A stretch of 64,000 bases of DNA. Origin: Ignavibacteria bacterium. GTDB lineage: Bacteria; Bacteroidota; Ignavibacteria; Kapaibacteriales; Kapaibacteriaceae. Both the position numbers and the translations under genes were made by a program. Below, piece by piece: positions 39,111 through 49,553 of the stretch. Within the stretch, counting starts at the first letter, position 1, and each line of letters starts with the position of its first letter. The notes under the pieces were generated by a model, which saw only the letters and a program-made list of their open reading frames with translations, did no database searches and was not told the DNA's origin. The stretch is taken from positions 170 to 64,169 of the forward strand of contig JABMNI010000041.1 in NCBI GenBank assembly GCA_013204605.1. Direction: 5' to 3'.

Positions 39111-40364
39111 TCACACATTTTCTTCTCCTCCTACCCACACGCTCCACACATGGTTCACGCCAAAGTGGTACACTAGTGAACTATACGATGGCACATCATA
39201 AATTACGAGGTCAGCAAGTTTTCCAACTTCGATAGATCCAACAGAATTACTCATGCGAAGTGCGTGTGCACCGTTTAATGTTGCAGCAACAATGGATTCT
39301 TCGATGCTCATGTGCATGTTGGCGCAGGCGAGCGATAGAACGGTTGACATGTTTTCAGTAAAGCAGCTACCCGGATTACAGTCTGTGGCGAGCGCAACAG
39401 TAAGCCCTTTTTCAATCATCTTGCGGGCGGGTGGGTACGGCAGACGCAGCGTATATGCCGTGCCGGGGAGTAACGTGGCAACGGTGCCAGCTGTTAGCAT
39501 GGCGTCCATATCAGATTCGGTTGTGAACTCTAAGTGATCAGCACTAACGGCGCCAAGTTCAGCTGCCATTGCCGACGCACCAATGTTTGATATTTCATCT
39601 GCATGAACTTTAACCAAGAAGCCGAGTTTTTTTGCGGCTAACAAAATTCGTGTTGATTGTTCAACGGTAAAAAATCCAGCATCAGTAAACACATCTACAA
39701 ACACAGCAAGATTATGCTCGGCAACTTTTGGAAGCATTTCGTTTATCAAGAGATCGACATACTCATCGGGGGCGTGTTTGAATTCAGGCGGTACATCGTG
39801 CGCACCCATGAACGTGGGAACTATGCGTGCCTCGTGCGTTTCACGCAACAATTCGATTGCTTCAAGTTGAGCTAACTCTGACTCGACGGATAATCCGTAA
39901 CCGCTTTTAATTTCGATAGTGGTGGTTCCGTGCATCAGTGCCGACGTAGCAAGCGCTTCGGCAACATCATACAATTCTTGAACCGATGCTTCTCGCACGG
40001 CATTCATAGTGGTAAGAATTCCGCCACCTTCGGCTGCAATTTGTGTGTATGGAACGCCTTGCAGACGCCGTGCAAATTCGTCTGCACGATTGCCTGCAAA
40101 CACCATGTGCGTGTGCGAATCCACGAAGCCGGGCATAACCGTCTGACCCGAACAATCAACGAACTCAACGTCATCGTTGCCCAAATGCAGATCCACAATG
40201 GCGGCATCAACATCATTGTTGCTTCCAACCCATCGAATTTTTTCATCAAACAATATTGCGCCGTTGTTAATCACTCCAAGGTCTTGCATGGCCGCGCCAA
40301 CCTTAAACAATTCCCCGTTTGCGTTTACAGTTACTAAACATTCAATGTTCGAAAACAACGTCAT
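39111..40364 (-). CDS. hutI: Imidazolonepropionase
   Basis: PGFVDSHTH, GGGILTT, EIKSGYGL, KVHADE, SADHLE, ATDCNPGS. Confidence 0.95.
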   Translation of the reverse strand: MTLFSNIECLVTVNANGELFKVGAAMQDLGVINNGAILFDEKIRWVGSNNDVDAAIVDLHLGNDDVEFVDCSGQTVMPGFVDSHTHMVFAGNRADEFARRLQGVPYTQIAAEGGGILTTMNAVREASVQELYDVAEALATSALMHGTTTIEIKSGYGLSVESELAQLEAIELLRETHEARIVPTFMGAHDVPPEFKHAPDEYVDLLINEMLPKVAEHNLAVFVDVFTDAGFFTVEQSTRILLAAKKLGFLVKVHADEISNIGASAMAAELGAVSADHLEFTTESDMDAMLTAGTVATLLPGTAYTLRLPYPPARKMIEKGLTVALATDCNPGSCFTENMSTVLSLACANMHMSIEESIVAATLNGAHALRMSNSVGSIEVGKLADLVIYDVPSYSSLVYHFGVNHVWSVWVGGEENV

Positions 40365-40372
40365 GAATTTTC

Positions 40373-40720
40373 CTACGGTTTATGTTCTTTTCGGGAACGG
40401 GCTTTCTGGATCTGACGCTCCATGATCAAATCCGCCAACATATCTGGCACGTCGGGCGGTAACGCTTTATTAAATACTTCATTTACTTTTTCTTCAGTAA
40501 CATCAATTCGGTATAACACGGCAAATAATTTTTCAACATTAGTATTGAGCAGTTCTATTATTCTACTCACCAACTCTGCACGAATTCGCTCATACGTATC
40601 GGTGTTTACAATTTCGCCTTCGGCTTCATCGAAGTCTAAATCAAAAACTCGCGACACATGTTTCACCACCTGTTGCTGAATGTTTGCAGTTGCTTCATCG
40701 TCGTCATCAAAGAACATCAT
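40373..40720 (-). CDS. Conserved hypothetical protein
   Basis: KLFAVLYRIDVTE...IMERQIQKARSR; coupled between manC-like gene and hutI. Confidence 0.75.
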   Translation of the reverse strand: MMFFDDDDEATANIQQQVVKHVSRVFDLDFDEAEGEIVNTDTYERIRAELVSRIIELLNTNVEKLFAVLYRIDVTEEKVNEVFNKALPPDVPDMLADLIMERQIQKARSRKEHKP

Positions 40721-41795
40721 CAAGCCCCTTATTCCGCATAGCCTGCACAATGCGTTTTACTTCTTGCGCCCTATCCTTTGGGCATACCAGCGTGGCATCG
40801 GGCGTTGCTACCACCACCATATCGCGTAGACCCAACGTAGCGACGATGTGATTATCGCCGATGGTGTTTACAATAATCGACGATTCGGTGTCGACAGTTT
40901 CTGTCAATCCATACTCAACATTTTCGCCCGGTTTCAGCGTCCGCAATCTGTCTAACGAATCCCAACTTCCAACGTCATCCCACACAAACGTTGCCGGTTT
41001 TACAAAAACATTTTTCGCACGTTCCATTACTGCATAGTCGATAGAAATGTTTGGGAGCGCCAAGAATGCTTCGGCTTCCTTTTCATTTTCAACGGATTTG
41101 TAAAGTGTTGGAAGTGCTGTTGCAATTTCAGGCACGCATTCTTTCATGGCATTGAACAACGCGTTTGCGCGCCAAAAAAACATTCCGCTGTTCCACAAAT
41201 ATTCTCTGCCGCGCACGTAAAGCAAAGCAGTTTCTACATCTGGTTTTTCTTTGAAACTTTGCACGGTGCGGATATCGCCTTCTACCGCATTCCCAAAGTG
41301 AATATATCCGTAACCAGTTTCGGGGCGGCTGGGTGGGATTCCCAGCGTTACCAACGCATCTTGCTTTTCCGCAAACATCAATGCGATTTTTACATCTGTT
41401 CTAAAATTTTCTTCGTTGCCAATAAAGTGATCCGCGGTCAACACCGCCATCGTAGCATCAGCTTGTTCACTTTGCGAATTCATTTGTTCGCGCTGTAAAA
41501 TAATACTTGCCGCCAATGCCAAGCACGGAGCCGTATTCCGTTTGCCTGGTTCGGCAATTACATTCTCAGCGGGAAAATTCGGCATGGCTTCGATGATGGC
41601 CGGCTTAAGTACTTCACTCGTGATAATCAGAATATTTTGTTGTGGAACCAGAGGTTCGATGCGATCAATTGCTTCTTGCAACATAGTTTTTGTTGTGCTT
41701 GTAAGCATCAACAATTGCTTTGGTTTTTTAATTCTGCTGTAAGGCCAAAAACGCTCCCCAGAGCCCCCTGCCATAATTACTACATAGGATTTCAT
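40707..41795 (-). CDS. manC: Mannose-1-phosphate guanylyltransferase
   Basis: IMAGGSGERFWPYSR..PKQ, EPGKRNTAP, ADH, TGYGYI, FKEKP, WNSGMF, SIDYAVME, WDDVGSW. Confidence 0.93.
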   Translation of the reverse strand: MKSYVVIMAGGSGERFWPYSRIKKPKQLLMLTSTTKTMLQEAIDRIEPLVPQQNILIITSEVLKPAIIEAMPNFPAENVIAEPGKRNTAPCLALAASIILQREQMNSQSEQADATMAVLTADHFIGNEENFRTDVKIALMFAEKQDALVTLGIPPSRPETGYGYIHFGNAVEGDIRTVQSFKEKPDVETALLYVRGREYLWNSGMFFWRANALFNAMKECVPEIATALPTLYKSVENEKEAEAFLALPNISIDYAVMERAKNVFVKPATFVWDDVGSWDSLDRLRTLKPGENVEYGLTETVDTESSIIVNTIGDNHIVATLGLRDMVVVATPDATLVCPKDRAQEVKRIVQAMRNKGLDDVL

Positions 41796-42790
41796 TTCGG
41801 TTGTAGGTGCTCCATAATCTGAATTGCATTTGTGGCGGCGCCCTTGCGCAGGTTATTTGCCACAACCCATAAATGTACGCCGTTTTTCACCGATGCATCC
41901 GTGCGAATGCGACCAACGAAAACTTCATCCCGGTCAGTCACAAATTTTGGCGTAGGATACAAATCATTTTGCGGGTCGTCCATCACCACAATTCCAGGCG
42001 AATTTTTCAACAGTTCTCGCACTTCGTTGGCGGTAGCTGGCTGTGTGGTTTCAACATTTACACTTTCGGCATGACCGCCCAACACAGGCACACGCACACA
42101 CGTAACTGCAATTCGCAGCTCTGGAAGATGCATAATGCGGCGCGTTTCATTCACCATCTTCAGTTCCTCCTCCGTGCTCTCGCCATTCATGAACGTGTGG
42201 AACACCGTGTTAAACGCAACCGTGTGCGGCGTAATTCGCGCCGTAGGTTCGCGTCCGGCTATTTCATCCGTCAGTTGTTGCACGCCTTTTTGACCCGCCC
42301 CACTCACCGACTGATACGTGCTAACCACAACGCGCTCGAGTCCAAATTTTTCTGCAAGGGGCTTTAGGGCAACCACCAATTGAATAGTCGAGCAATTTGG
42401 ATTGGCAATGATCCCTTTATGAGTTGAAATATCGTGCGCGTTTACTTCTGGCACTATAAGCGGCACGTTGGGGTCTAAACGAAACGCGCTGCTATTATCA
42501 ATCACCACGCAGCCGGCATCGGCAAACTTCTGAGCATATTCCCTACTAATCGCACCACCCGCGCTAAACAACGCCACTTGCACGGTTGACGGATTAAATC
42601 CGCGCAAGGCCTGAACTGTAATGTTCAGCTTAGGTGCATCTACGTCAAACTCGCCATATTGAATGGTTTGTCCAGCCGATCTGTCCGAGGCCAACAGGCT
42701 AATATTTTCAGCCGCATACCCACGCTCGTACAAGCCCTGCAGCATCGTGCGTCCAACCAAACCCGTAGCACCAACAATTGCAATCTTCAT
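41792..42790 (-). CDS. asd: Aspartate-semialdehyde dehydrogenase
   Basis: GATGLVG, DNSSAFR, ANPNCST, YQSVSGAG, CVRVPV..GH, NLRKGAATN. Confidence 0.96.
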   Translation of the reverse strand: MKIAIVGATGLVGRTMLQGLYERGYAAENISLLASDRSAGQTIQYGEFDVDAPKLNITVQALRGFNPSTVQVALFSAGGAISREYAQKFADAGCVVIDNSSAFRLDPNVPLIVPEVNAHDISTHKGIIANPNCSTIQLVVALKPLAEKFGLERVVVSTYQSVSGAGQKGVQQLTDEIAGREPTARITPHTVAFNTVFHTFMNGESTEEELKMVNETRRIMHLPELRIAVTCVRVPVLGGHAESVNVETTQPATANEVRELLKNSPGIVVMDDPQNDLYPTPKFVTDRDEVFVGRIRTDASVKNGVHLWVVANNLRKGAATNAIQIMEHLQPK

Positions 42791-42838
42791 AGATGCGAAA
42801 TTACGGAATGCAGGAACGCACCGGGTGCAATTGCTTAA

Positions 42839-43120
42839 TTACAGATCCTGTGTTTTCCTCACTACGAAATTCATCTCAATCAAGTCTGTACCCAAACGCT
42901 GCGAAATTCGGGCCAGCACCCTGAGAGTTGGGTTTGCGTTCGATTGAATGAGCGCCGTAACCTGCGCCTCGGTCAATCCGGTCTTCTCTGCCAACTGTTT
43001 TTGATTCAGTTTTTGTTCGCCCATCACCTCTATTAGTCTAGTGGCAAGTTTGTGTTGCCATGTCCAATATTTCCGATCGTCCGGCTGCACGCTGGCAAGA
43101 ATTTTTTCGTAAATGCTCAT
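42839..43120 (-). CDS. XRE-family HTH protein (probable antitoxin)
   Basis: LNQKQLAEKTGLTEAQVTAL...NPTLRVLARI; GGAG upstream of ATG 43120. Confidence 0.85.
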   Translation of the reverse strand: MSIYEKILASVQPDDRKYWTWQHKLATRLIEVMGEQKLNQKQLAEKTGLTEAQVTALIQSNANPTLRVLARISQRLGTDLIEMNFVVRKTQDL

Positions 43121-43130
43121 AATTGTGCTC

Positions 43131-43631
43131 CTACAATTCAAATGTCAATTCGTCAACATCACTTACCACTAAAACACCACTACTATCAATGCCAACAACC
43201 CCGAAATCTAATCTGGTTTCTACCTGCCTAGCTACTTTCGAAATGAACAACGCATCTTTCAACAACTCTGGCCATTGTTGTATTGAGACATTCTTGGTTT
43301 TCAGACCGCCCGATCCAATCAGCATCGTCGTCGCTTTCGAACCCAGATAGCAGCACAATAATCGTGCAGGACAATACGATATTGGGTTTGAAAGTATTCC
43401 GTTGTGCTTGTACATAGCGTAAATACCTGGACTCATCTCAAACCGCAATCTATCTGGACTGATATACTCCAACGTCAACAAATATTCAATAAACGTCACC
43501 AATTGTTGAGCAATACTTGGGTTCAAATGGTAAAGCTTTTCAAGAAACTGATCAACCAATACCACTCCGTCGCATTCGATGGCATACAATACAACTATCC
43601 CTCTGCGCCACAATTTGATTTTTATTTCCAC
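43131..43631 (-). CDS. Probable RelE/Gp49-like toxin
   Basis: Lies immediately upstream of the XRE gene; vague Gp49-like pattern (VDQFLEKL...ARLLCCY...GGLKTK). Confidence 0.5.
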   Translation of the reverse strand: MEIKIKLWRRGIVVLYAIECDGVVLVDQFLEKLYHLNPSIAQQLVTFIEYLLTLEYISPDRLRFEMSPGIYAMYKHNGILSNPISYCPARLLCCYLGSKATTMLIGSGGLKTKNVSIQQWPELLKDALFISKVARQVETRLDFGVVGIDSSGVLVVSDVDELTFEL

Positions 43632-43779
43632 GTGTGTTCTGAGTCATTACAATATAATATAATTTTCAACACAAATTGCCCCTGTTGAGTGGGGAGTATC
43701 ATTGCAAAGCCGTGCATACGGAGCCGTGTAATGTGACATTCCTACACTCACAAACTTCAACGACGTCCTATTTTTGCAC

Positions 43780-44505
43780 ATGATCCTTCGCTTACTATTA
43801 TTTTGTTCCCTGCTGGCGCTTCCCCTGCACGCCCAAGACTGCACCAACCTACCCTTCGAGGTGCAACTTGCCCACGACGTAAACCATTGGGGGGGCAGCG
43901 GATTCCATTCCGCATCGGGCGTTGTGAGCGATGCCCTTTTGCCCCTTACCATAGGCGTCCCCGTCATGCTGGTAGCGTATGGCGCGCTGGAGATGCAAAT
44001 TTTTGAGGGGGCTGAGGGGTACCGTCACAAATACGCGTTTCAGTCCGGACTCGAAATTGCATCGAGTTTGGTGGCGGCCTATGGCACGGTATTCATTGCT
44101 AAGAAAATCTTCGGCCGTGCTCGGCCCTACCAGGAACACCCCGATTGTATCACGAACTACCGCGATGATGCCTATGGGTCCTTCCCCAGCGGCCACAGCG
44201 CCGGTTCGGCCGCTCTGGCCACCTCGCTCAGCCTTGCCTATCCCGAGTGGTATGTAATTGCCCCAAGCGTGGCCTACGCCCTGTACACAGGCTTCTCCCG
44301 AATGCATCTTGGAATGCACTATTTAAGCGATGTTGTAGGGGGCTATGCAGTTGGGGTCGGAGCCGCCGTGGTGGTCCATTTACTTCGAAATCATTTTTTC
44401 CCATACGAAGGCGAAGGAATGGCCACCAACACTCAACAAAATTTTCCACGTCTTGCCGTGCTGAATCCGTACCAGCCGGTGTTTGCCGTTACGATCCCGT
44501 TTTAG
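43780..44505 (+). CDS. PAP2-family phosphatase
   Basis: KKIFGRARP, SFPSGH, SRMHLGMHYLSDV. Confidence 0.93.
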   Translation: MILRLLLFCSLLALPLHAQDCTNLPFEVQLAHDVNHWGGSGFHSASGVVSDALLPLTIGVPVMLVAYGALEMQIFEGAEGYRHKYAFQSGLEIASSLVAAYGTVFIAKKIFGRARPYQEHPDCITNYRDDAYGSFPSGHSAGSAALATSLSLAYPEWYVIAPSVAYALYTGFSRMHLGMHYLSDVVGGYAVGVGAAVVVHLLRNHFFPYEGEGMATNTQQNFPRLAVLNPYQPVFAVTIPF

Positions 44506-44513
44506 ATTTCTGC

Positions 44514-44862
44514 GGGCGACGCATGCGTCGCCCTTACTCGGGGATAGGTTGCGTGTAACAGCATCGTCATTAACATTTTCACATTTTTACATTTTCTCAT
44601 TGGCATTCTCATATTCGCACATTTACACATTGGGCTTCCCTCCCGGCTATTTTCTCCGGGCGACGCATGCGTCGCCCCAACTTGAAGATAGTTTGCGTGA
44701 ATATGTTCGAAAAGAGAACTTCGTTTTTACGTCACATTATTTATTGCAGATTACGCATTGGCATTGGCATTCTCACATTTTCACATTTTCACATTTACAC
44801 ATTGGGCTTCGCTCCCGGTTATTTTCTCCGGGCGACGCATGCTCGCCCCAACTTGAAGATAG
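44514..44862. repeat. Cluster of three REP-like palindromes within a ~170-bp imperfect duplication
   Basis: GGGCGACGCATGCGTCGCCC at 44514 and 44658, 1-nt-deleted copy at 44830. Confidence 0.85.
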
Positions 44863-44992
44863 TTTGCGTGAATTGGTTCGACAAAGTAACTTCGTTAACA
44901 CACTACATTATAAATTGTTGATTGGCATTGGCATTGGCATTGGCATTGGCATTCTCATATTTACACATTTACACATTTGACTTCCCCACATT

Positions 44993-45781
44993 ATGAAGAT
45001 AGCTGCCGTTCAATTCACCCCTGAGTTCAAAAACGTTGACAAGAACGTTCAGCATATTCTTGATCACGTTGTGAACGCACAATCGGATTTGGTTGTAATG
45101 CCGGAACTGGCCACGTCGGGATACTTCTTTTTGAGCGCTGCCGAGGCGGCGCCATACTCGCACGAAACAGATAGCCCCTTCATAAAAAAATTAGAGTCCG
45201 AAGCGGTTGCAAACAACACGGTGGTGGTGTGTGGATTTATCGAGAACAGCAACGGGGTTTTGTATAACAGCGCGGTGGTGGTGGGCAAGGGAGTTGCAAA
45301 ATACGTGTACCGCAAAACGCATTTGTTTTACAAGGAGCATCAAGTTTTTGAAAGGGGCGATACGGGATTTGGTGTGGTGAATATTCCGCATTTGGATTGC
45401 AATCTGGGCGTGATGATTTGTTATGACTGGCGGTTTCCGGAGTCGGCGCGGACGCTGGCGTTGCGCGGTGCCGATGTGATTGCGTGTCCCTCGAATCTTG
45501 TTACCAACATCTGGCGGATGGCCATGCCAGTGCGCGCGCTCGAGAACAAGGTGTACTTGGCGGTTGCTAATCGCGCGGGTACAGAATCGAACGACGGCGA
45601 AGAAGTAACGTTTAACGCTGATAGTGTGATTTACGGTTATAACGGCAGCGTGTTAAACCAAGCGTCTACCACTGATAACATGGTAGTTGTGGCCGACATC
45701 AATCCATCTGAAACGCGCGACAAATCGTTTAATGATGTGAATGATATTTTCAAGGATCGAAGGCCGGAAATATACGAATGA
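44993..45781 (+). CDS. Carbon-nitrogen hydrolase (nitrilase superfamily)
   Basis: Catalytic triad motifs VMPEL, YRKTHL, ICYDWRFPE. Confidence 0.92.
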   Translation: MKIAAVQFTPEFKNVDKNVQHILDHVVNAQSDLVVMPELATSGYFFLSAAEAAPYSHETDSPFIKKLESEAVANNTVVVCGFIENSNGVLYNSAVVVGKGVAKYVYRKTHLFYKEHQVFERGDTGFGVVNIPHLDCNLGVMICYDWRFPESARTLALRGADVIACPSNLVTNIWRMAMPVRALENKVYLAVANRAGTESNDGEEVTFNADSVIYGYNGSVLNQASTTDNMVVVADINPSETRDKSFNDVNDIFKDRRPEIYE

Positions 45782-45791
45782 CAATTAGCAA

Positions 45792-45836
45792 TTAGCAGTC
45801 CCGAGCGCGACGAGGGACGAGAGGGACAATTAGCAA
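45792..45836. repeat. 45-bp imperfect direct repeat, left flank of the protease island
   Basis: 36/45 identical to 51243-51287. Confidence 0.75.
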
Positions 45837-45981
45837 GTAACAACTTGCAGTCCGGAGTGAAACGCGAGACGAACAGTAAATTCCGAAAATTGAACCCTTG
45901 TTTCCTAGGTTGAATTGGTCAGACACGTTCACGATAGTCGGAAAGGAACTGATTCAATCGGCCCGTCACCGTCAGGGTACC

Positions 45982-47235
45982 CTACTTCAACAAAACAACT
46001 CCCTGAGAAACCGCGGCATTTAAACTGCTCACCACCACTCGATACATTCCTGGTGGAAGGGGGCTTAACTCCACCGCGAATGTTCTGCCTACGAACGTTG
46101 TATGCATCGATGTTTGTCCAAACATATCAACAACTGAAATGGTGTGTTCCTGTGCGCCATCTTCATCCAACGTGATGGTAAGGGGGCCAACTGTCGGGTT
46201 TGGATGCATGGTGATTTTTCCTGAGTGTGGGAGTTCCTGAACAGAAACGGGAACGGTTCGTCTGAGAATCACGCGCTGGTTACCAACGGCAACAATTGTG
46301 TTGCCGGAGATGGCAATGTCGTTTATCGGTTCGTACAAAATTCCGTCATAATCCAACTCCCAGGTAAATCCGCCATCTGTTGTAAGGTAGATATCTCCTT
46401 GATTGTCGCCCGCAAATCCATGCAATTCATCGGCAAAGGCCATCGCCGTTATCGTGTATGGCAACTCGGTCTGGGGCTCATGCCAGGTAAGACCCGAGTC
46501 GGAAGTAAAAGCAATATTCTTTGTGAACGAGGCAGATTTGTAACGATTACCACCGACCCATAGATGGTGTGGCATTATGGCCTCCAGCGCGTTAACCCGG
46601 AAACTTGACGATATCTTGTTCAAATTTGGTGGGAATATGTACTTCTTCCCATACTTCATCATAACCTCTCCCCCTACGCCTGCAATAGACTGAGTCCAAC
46701 CACCAAAAAATGCAATGCTGTCACCACGAACAATTAGAGTTTCACAATATGAACAACCACCTATCTGATTAATCCATGTGGCACCGCCATTTGTGGTGTA
46801 TGAGTACACAGCGCCTGCGGGACCCAATACATGTCCGTAGAGTTCACTATTAAATCCGATGCCCACGGCATACGACCTCGTTCCGTCACTCGCTAGCACC
46901 CTGTGCACACTATCCCACGTCATGCCAGCATCGGTGGTTTTGAATACATATTCACCGGCAACATACCCCGTATGAGCAGTGGGAAAACTCACCGCATGAA
47001 AGCTCTGCCCCTTGGCTTCTTTAGGTTCGATCTTTAGCCACGTTCTCCCTGCGTCCGTTGTTCTAACTACAAAGGGTCCACCAACTGTATAACCCGTATC
47101 GGCATTTACAAAGTCAACATCTGTCAGATCAACTCCGTCACAAGGGCACAAGAGCCTTTCCCAAACAGCGTTTTGAGCTCGGGCCAAACTTATTAAAGCG
47201 AGCATAGCTAATACAACTGAAATAAAGATCCTCAT
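45982..47235 (-). CDS. YCF48/BNR-repeat T9SS cargo protein
   Basis: Signal peptide ending ARA-Q, TTDAGRTW/TTNGGATW repeats, CTD HPNPT...GMYRVVV. Confidence 0.88.
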   Translation of the reverse strand: MRIFISVVLAMLALISLARAQNAVWERLLCPCDGVDLTDVDFVNADTGYTVGGPFVVRTTDAGRTWLKIEPKEAKGQSFHAVSFPTAHTGYVAGEYVFKTTDAGMTWDSVHRVLASDGTRSYAVGIGFNSELYGHVLGPAGAVYSYTTNGGATWINQIGGCSYCETLIVRGDSIAFFGGWTQSIAGVGGEVMMKYGKKYIFPPNLNKISSSFRVNALEAIMPHHLWVGGNRYKSASFTKNIAFTSDSGLTWHEPQTELPYTITAMAFADELHGFAGDNQGDIYLTTDGGFTWELDYDGILYEPINDIAISGNTIVAVGNQRVILRRTVPVSVQELPHSGKITMHPNPTVGPLTITLDEDGAQEHTISVVDMFGQTSMHTTFVGRTFAVELSPLPPGMYRVVVSSLNAAVSQGVVLLK

Positions 47236-49553
47236 CGCACCACCTGTAATACTGTGGATACGGTATGGCTACCAGTGCTTAGTACACATATATACAAACC
47301 TGCTGGTGTTTGGTCCAATTCGATTTGTAGCCGATGAACGCCCGAAGGATAGTTTACATTCTCTATTAGCACGCGATGAACACGCCCAAGTTGGTCGCAA
47401 AGCACAAAACGCACTGACTCTGCGTTCCGGAGTGAAAACCATAACACACCTTCATCTTGTACTGGATTGGGTGCTACGAATAACGTCGGTGCTGAGGACG
47501 CTAACTCGGGAGAAACAGCCCCAAGTTCTTGGCCTGCACTGCCATTTGAAACAACAATAGGTACTCTTGGAAAAAAGTCAGTACATGGGTCAGCAATTGA
47601 GGCTCTGAAGGAACAACCATCTCGTGCTCTAAACCCATTTTTCAGTCTCACCCTATCACCGGCAATGTAACTCAGCGTCGCCCCGGACTGTACAATGTTT
47701 TCATTGGCATTTCCGCAAACCTTTCCTGCCGTTATCCTGTGAATTGCCTCAAGCAACGTTTCAGTTGATTGGCTTGTGTATGTTGCACACCGTACAAAGT
47801 CGTAGCCAACATTATTCGCGTAGACACCTACGGCTTTCCATGCCTCCTTAATCTGCGTAACATCTCCTGAGGTCAGCTCACTATTCAGAACTAAATCATT
47901 TGCTGCTTCCAAACTCCCGATACGTGCGTCCACGAAGTTTGACCATGGACCTAGGTAGTCTGAAAGATTCCGAAATGCAACCTTTGCTGCTTTTTCCTTT
48001 CCAATCCCGGTAACTGAATACGTGGCGGTGCTGCAACAATGGTTATTTGTTCCCGTGTGCGTACCCGACTTAGCAAGCAAGGTGAACCATCTATTTTGAA
48101 CCCCGGCACGGATATGATATCCAGGGTCTTCTTCTTGAATTGTGCTCCAGTATGTTCCACAGTATGTATCGGGGTGTTGCTTCGCATTCGGGTTTACCAT
48201 GTTTCGCTGGTTGGCCGTCGTCAGACATTCTTCTCCCATAATATAGTCTTCACAGTCGTACTGGTTGCTTTGATCATACAGACCCTTTGCATAGCACTCA
48301 ACCATACTGCCAAAAATATCTCCAAAGGACTCGAATAGCGCGCCAAATTCACCAACAGGACCAGAAGTTGGAATATCGGCGACTTCGTAGCTGATAGCAT
48401 GCGTCCATTCATGTCCAATCACGTCTAGCGCTGTGCCCCAGTCAATAAAAACGTCTGGGTACTCTTCAGGGTCAGGGACAACTATGCATTGATAGTTATT
48501 ATACCAGTTAAATTGTGACCGTCCTCCTAATAACTGCAACATGGGTGACCCATTATTATCATATCCATCATATTTTTGTTCTTTATGGAAATATTCGTAG
48601 GTCATCATGGCGGACCAATGCGCCTGTACATATGGATTTAGGGCATTGTCATCCGTCCATTCGAGATCAGCATGAGATATTTCGGTTTGCGTTGGATTTG
48701 TGAGGATATGAGCATCAATACTACGTGTTTGAATATATGTAGCGTTGCAATAATCTTCGAGTATATAATCACTACCAACTAGCTTCACATTTATGATTTG
48801 CTCACCGTTAAACAAGGTGTTGGCATTTGCTTTTGGATTGGTACATCCAGTACTGTTGCGAACGGCTTTCACAATTGAACCATTAATTGCATCCACAAAC
48901 ATATTGTATTGGCCAATTGGTCGAACGGTTGCAATTGGTATTAGATAGGCTAAAACAAGATTAGATCCCACAACATCTTGATTGTCATTAACCCGTACGA
49001 AGGCTAGTTCCGGTTCTGGATATTGCGTGACTGTCGTGTCATTCAGTATACGTTTAACAAAGAGTTCTTCTGCCCGGTCAAGAAAGGCAGGCGTGCCGTG
49101 TGGCACAGCACGAATGGCTCGTTCAAGAGCTTGTTGCCTTGTTAGATTTGGCCAACCGGAGAGGCCTAAGCTGATAACGATCCTGCCATTAGCTTTTACG
49201 GCTCTGCCGTTCTTCTCATGGACGATAAACATGGCATCTTGAATTGGGACGCCATCGTGATATTGCTTGTATCGGTAATGAGTATACCCATATCTGTCTT
49301 GAGTAACCCGTAACAGTCGCATCTCATCAGTTGAGGTTAGCCCAAATAGTGGTCCGTAGACCTCAAACACACGCTTCCCTGAAATGTTCACGTTGTCTTT
49401 GAAACGTACCCATCCGCTAGGGTGTACGATATTGCATATCTCTGTTACATTCGGGTCAAGCTGAGCATGAAGCGACCTTGGTACAGAAAAAACAACCAGT
49501 GGAACTATTAAGAGAATACACCGGCTGAACGAAACCGAAATTGCTGTACTCAT
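47232..49553 (-). CDS. M4 (thermolysin/bacillolysin) metallopeptidase, T9SS cargo
   Basis: FTP/PepSY propeptide (HYRYKQYHDGVPI, VDAING), HEWTH and GALFESFGD zinc motifs, CTD APNPVQ...GLYICVL. Confidence 0.92.
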   Translation of the reverse strand: MSTAISVSFSRCILLIVPLVVFSVPRSLHAQLDPNVTEICNIVHPSGWVRFKDNVNISGKRVFEVYGPLFGLTSTDEMRLLRVTQDRYGYTHYRYKQYHDGVPIQDAMFIVHEKNGRAVKANGRIVISLGLSGWPNLTRQQALERAIRAVPHGTPAFLDRAEELFVKRILNDTTVTQYPEPELAFVRVNDNQDVVGSNLVLAYLIPIATVRPIGQYNMFVDAINGSIVKAVRNSTGCTNPKANANTLFNGEQIINVKLVGSDYILEDYCNATYIQTRSIDAHILTNPTQTEISHADLEWTDDNALNPYVQAHWSAMMTYEYFHKEQKYDGYDNNGSPMLQLLGGRSQFNWYNNYQCIVVPDPEEYPDVFIDWGTALDVIGHEWTHAISYEVADIPTSGPVGEFGALFESFGDIFGSMVECYAKGLYDQSNQYDCEDYIMGEECLTTANQRNMVNPNAKQHPDTYCGTYWSTIQEEDPGYHIRAGVQNRWFTLLAKSGTHTGTNNHCCSTATYSVTGIGKEKAAKVAFRNLSDYLGPWSNFVDARIGSLEAANDLVLNSELTSGDVTQIKEAWKAVGVYANNVGYDFVRCATYTSQSTETLLEAIHRITAGKVCGNANENIVQSGATLSYIAGDRVRLKNGFRARDGCSFRASIADPCTDFFPRVPIVVSNGSAGQELGAVSPELASSAPTLFVAPNPVQDEGVLWFSLRNAESVRFVLCDQLGRVHRVLIENVNYPSGVHRLQIELDQTPAGLYICVLSTGSHTVSTVLQVVR

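Noticed and set aside
39111-40364. hutI without other hut genes
   Set aside because: Scattered pathway genes are common and the rest may lie outside the window
44237-44248. CCTATCCCGAGT inside PAP2, complementary to the REP flank at 44536-44547
   Set aside because: A 12-nt match encoding ordinary AYPE residues; likely coincidence
44483-44980. 165-aa ORF and the similar ORFs 51313-51513, 57906-58166, 57991-58206 and 59446-59820
   Set aside because: These are translations of REP and heptamer/octamer repeat DNA (HIFTFSH, NYELRI patterns), not credible genes
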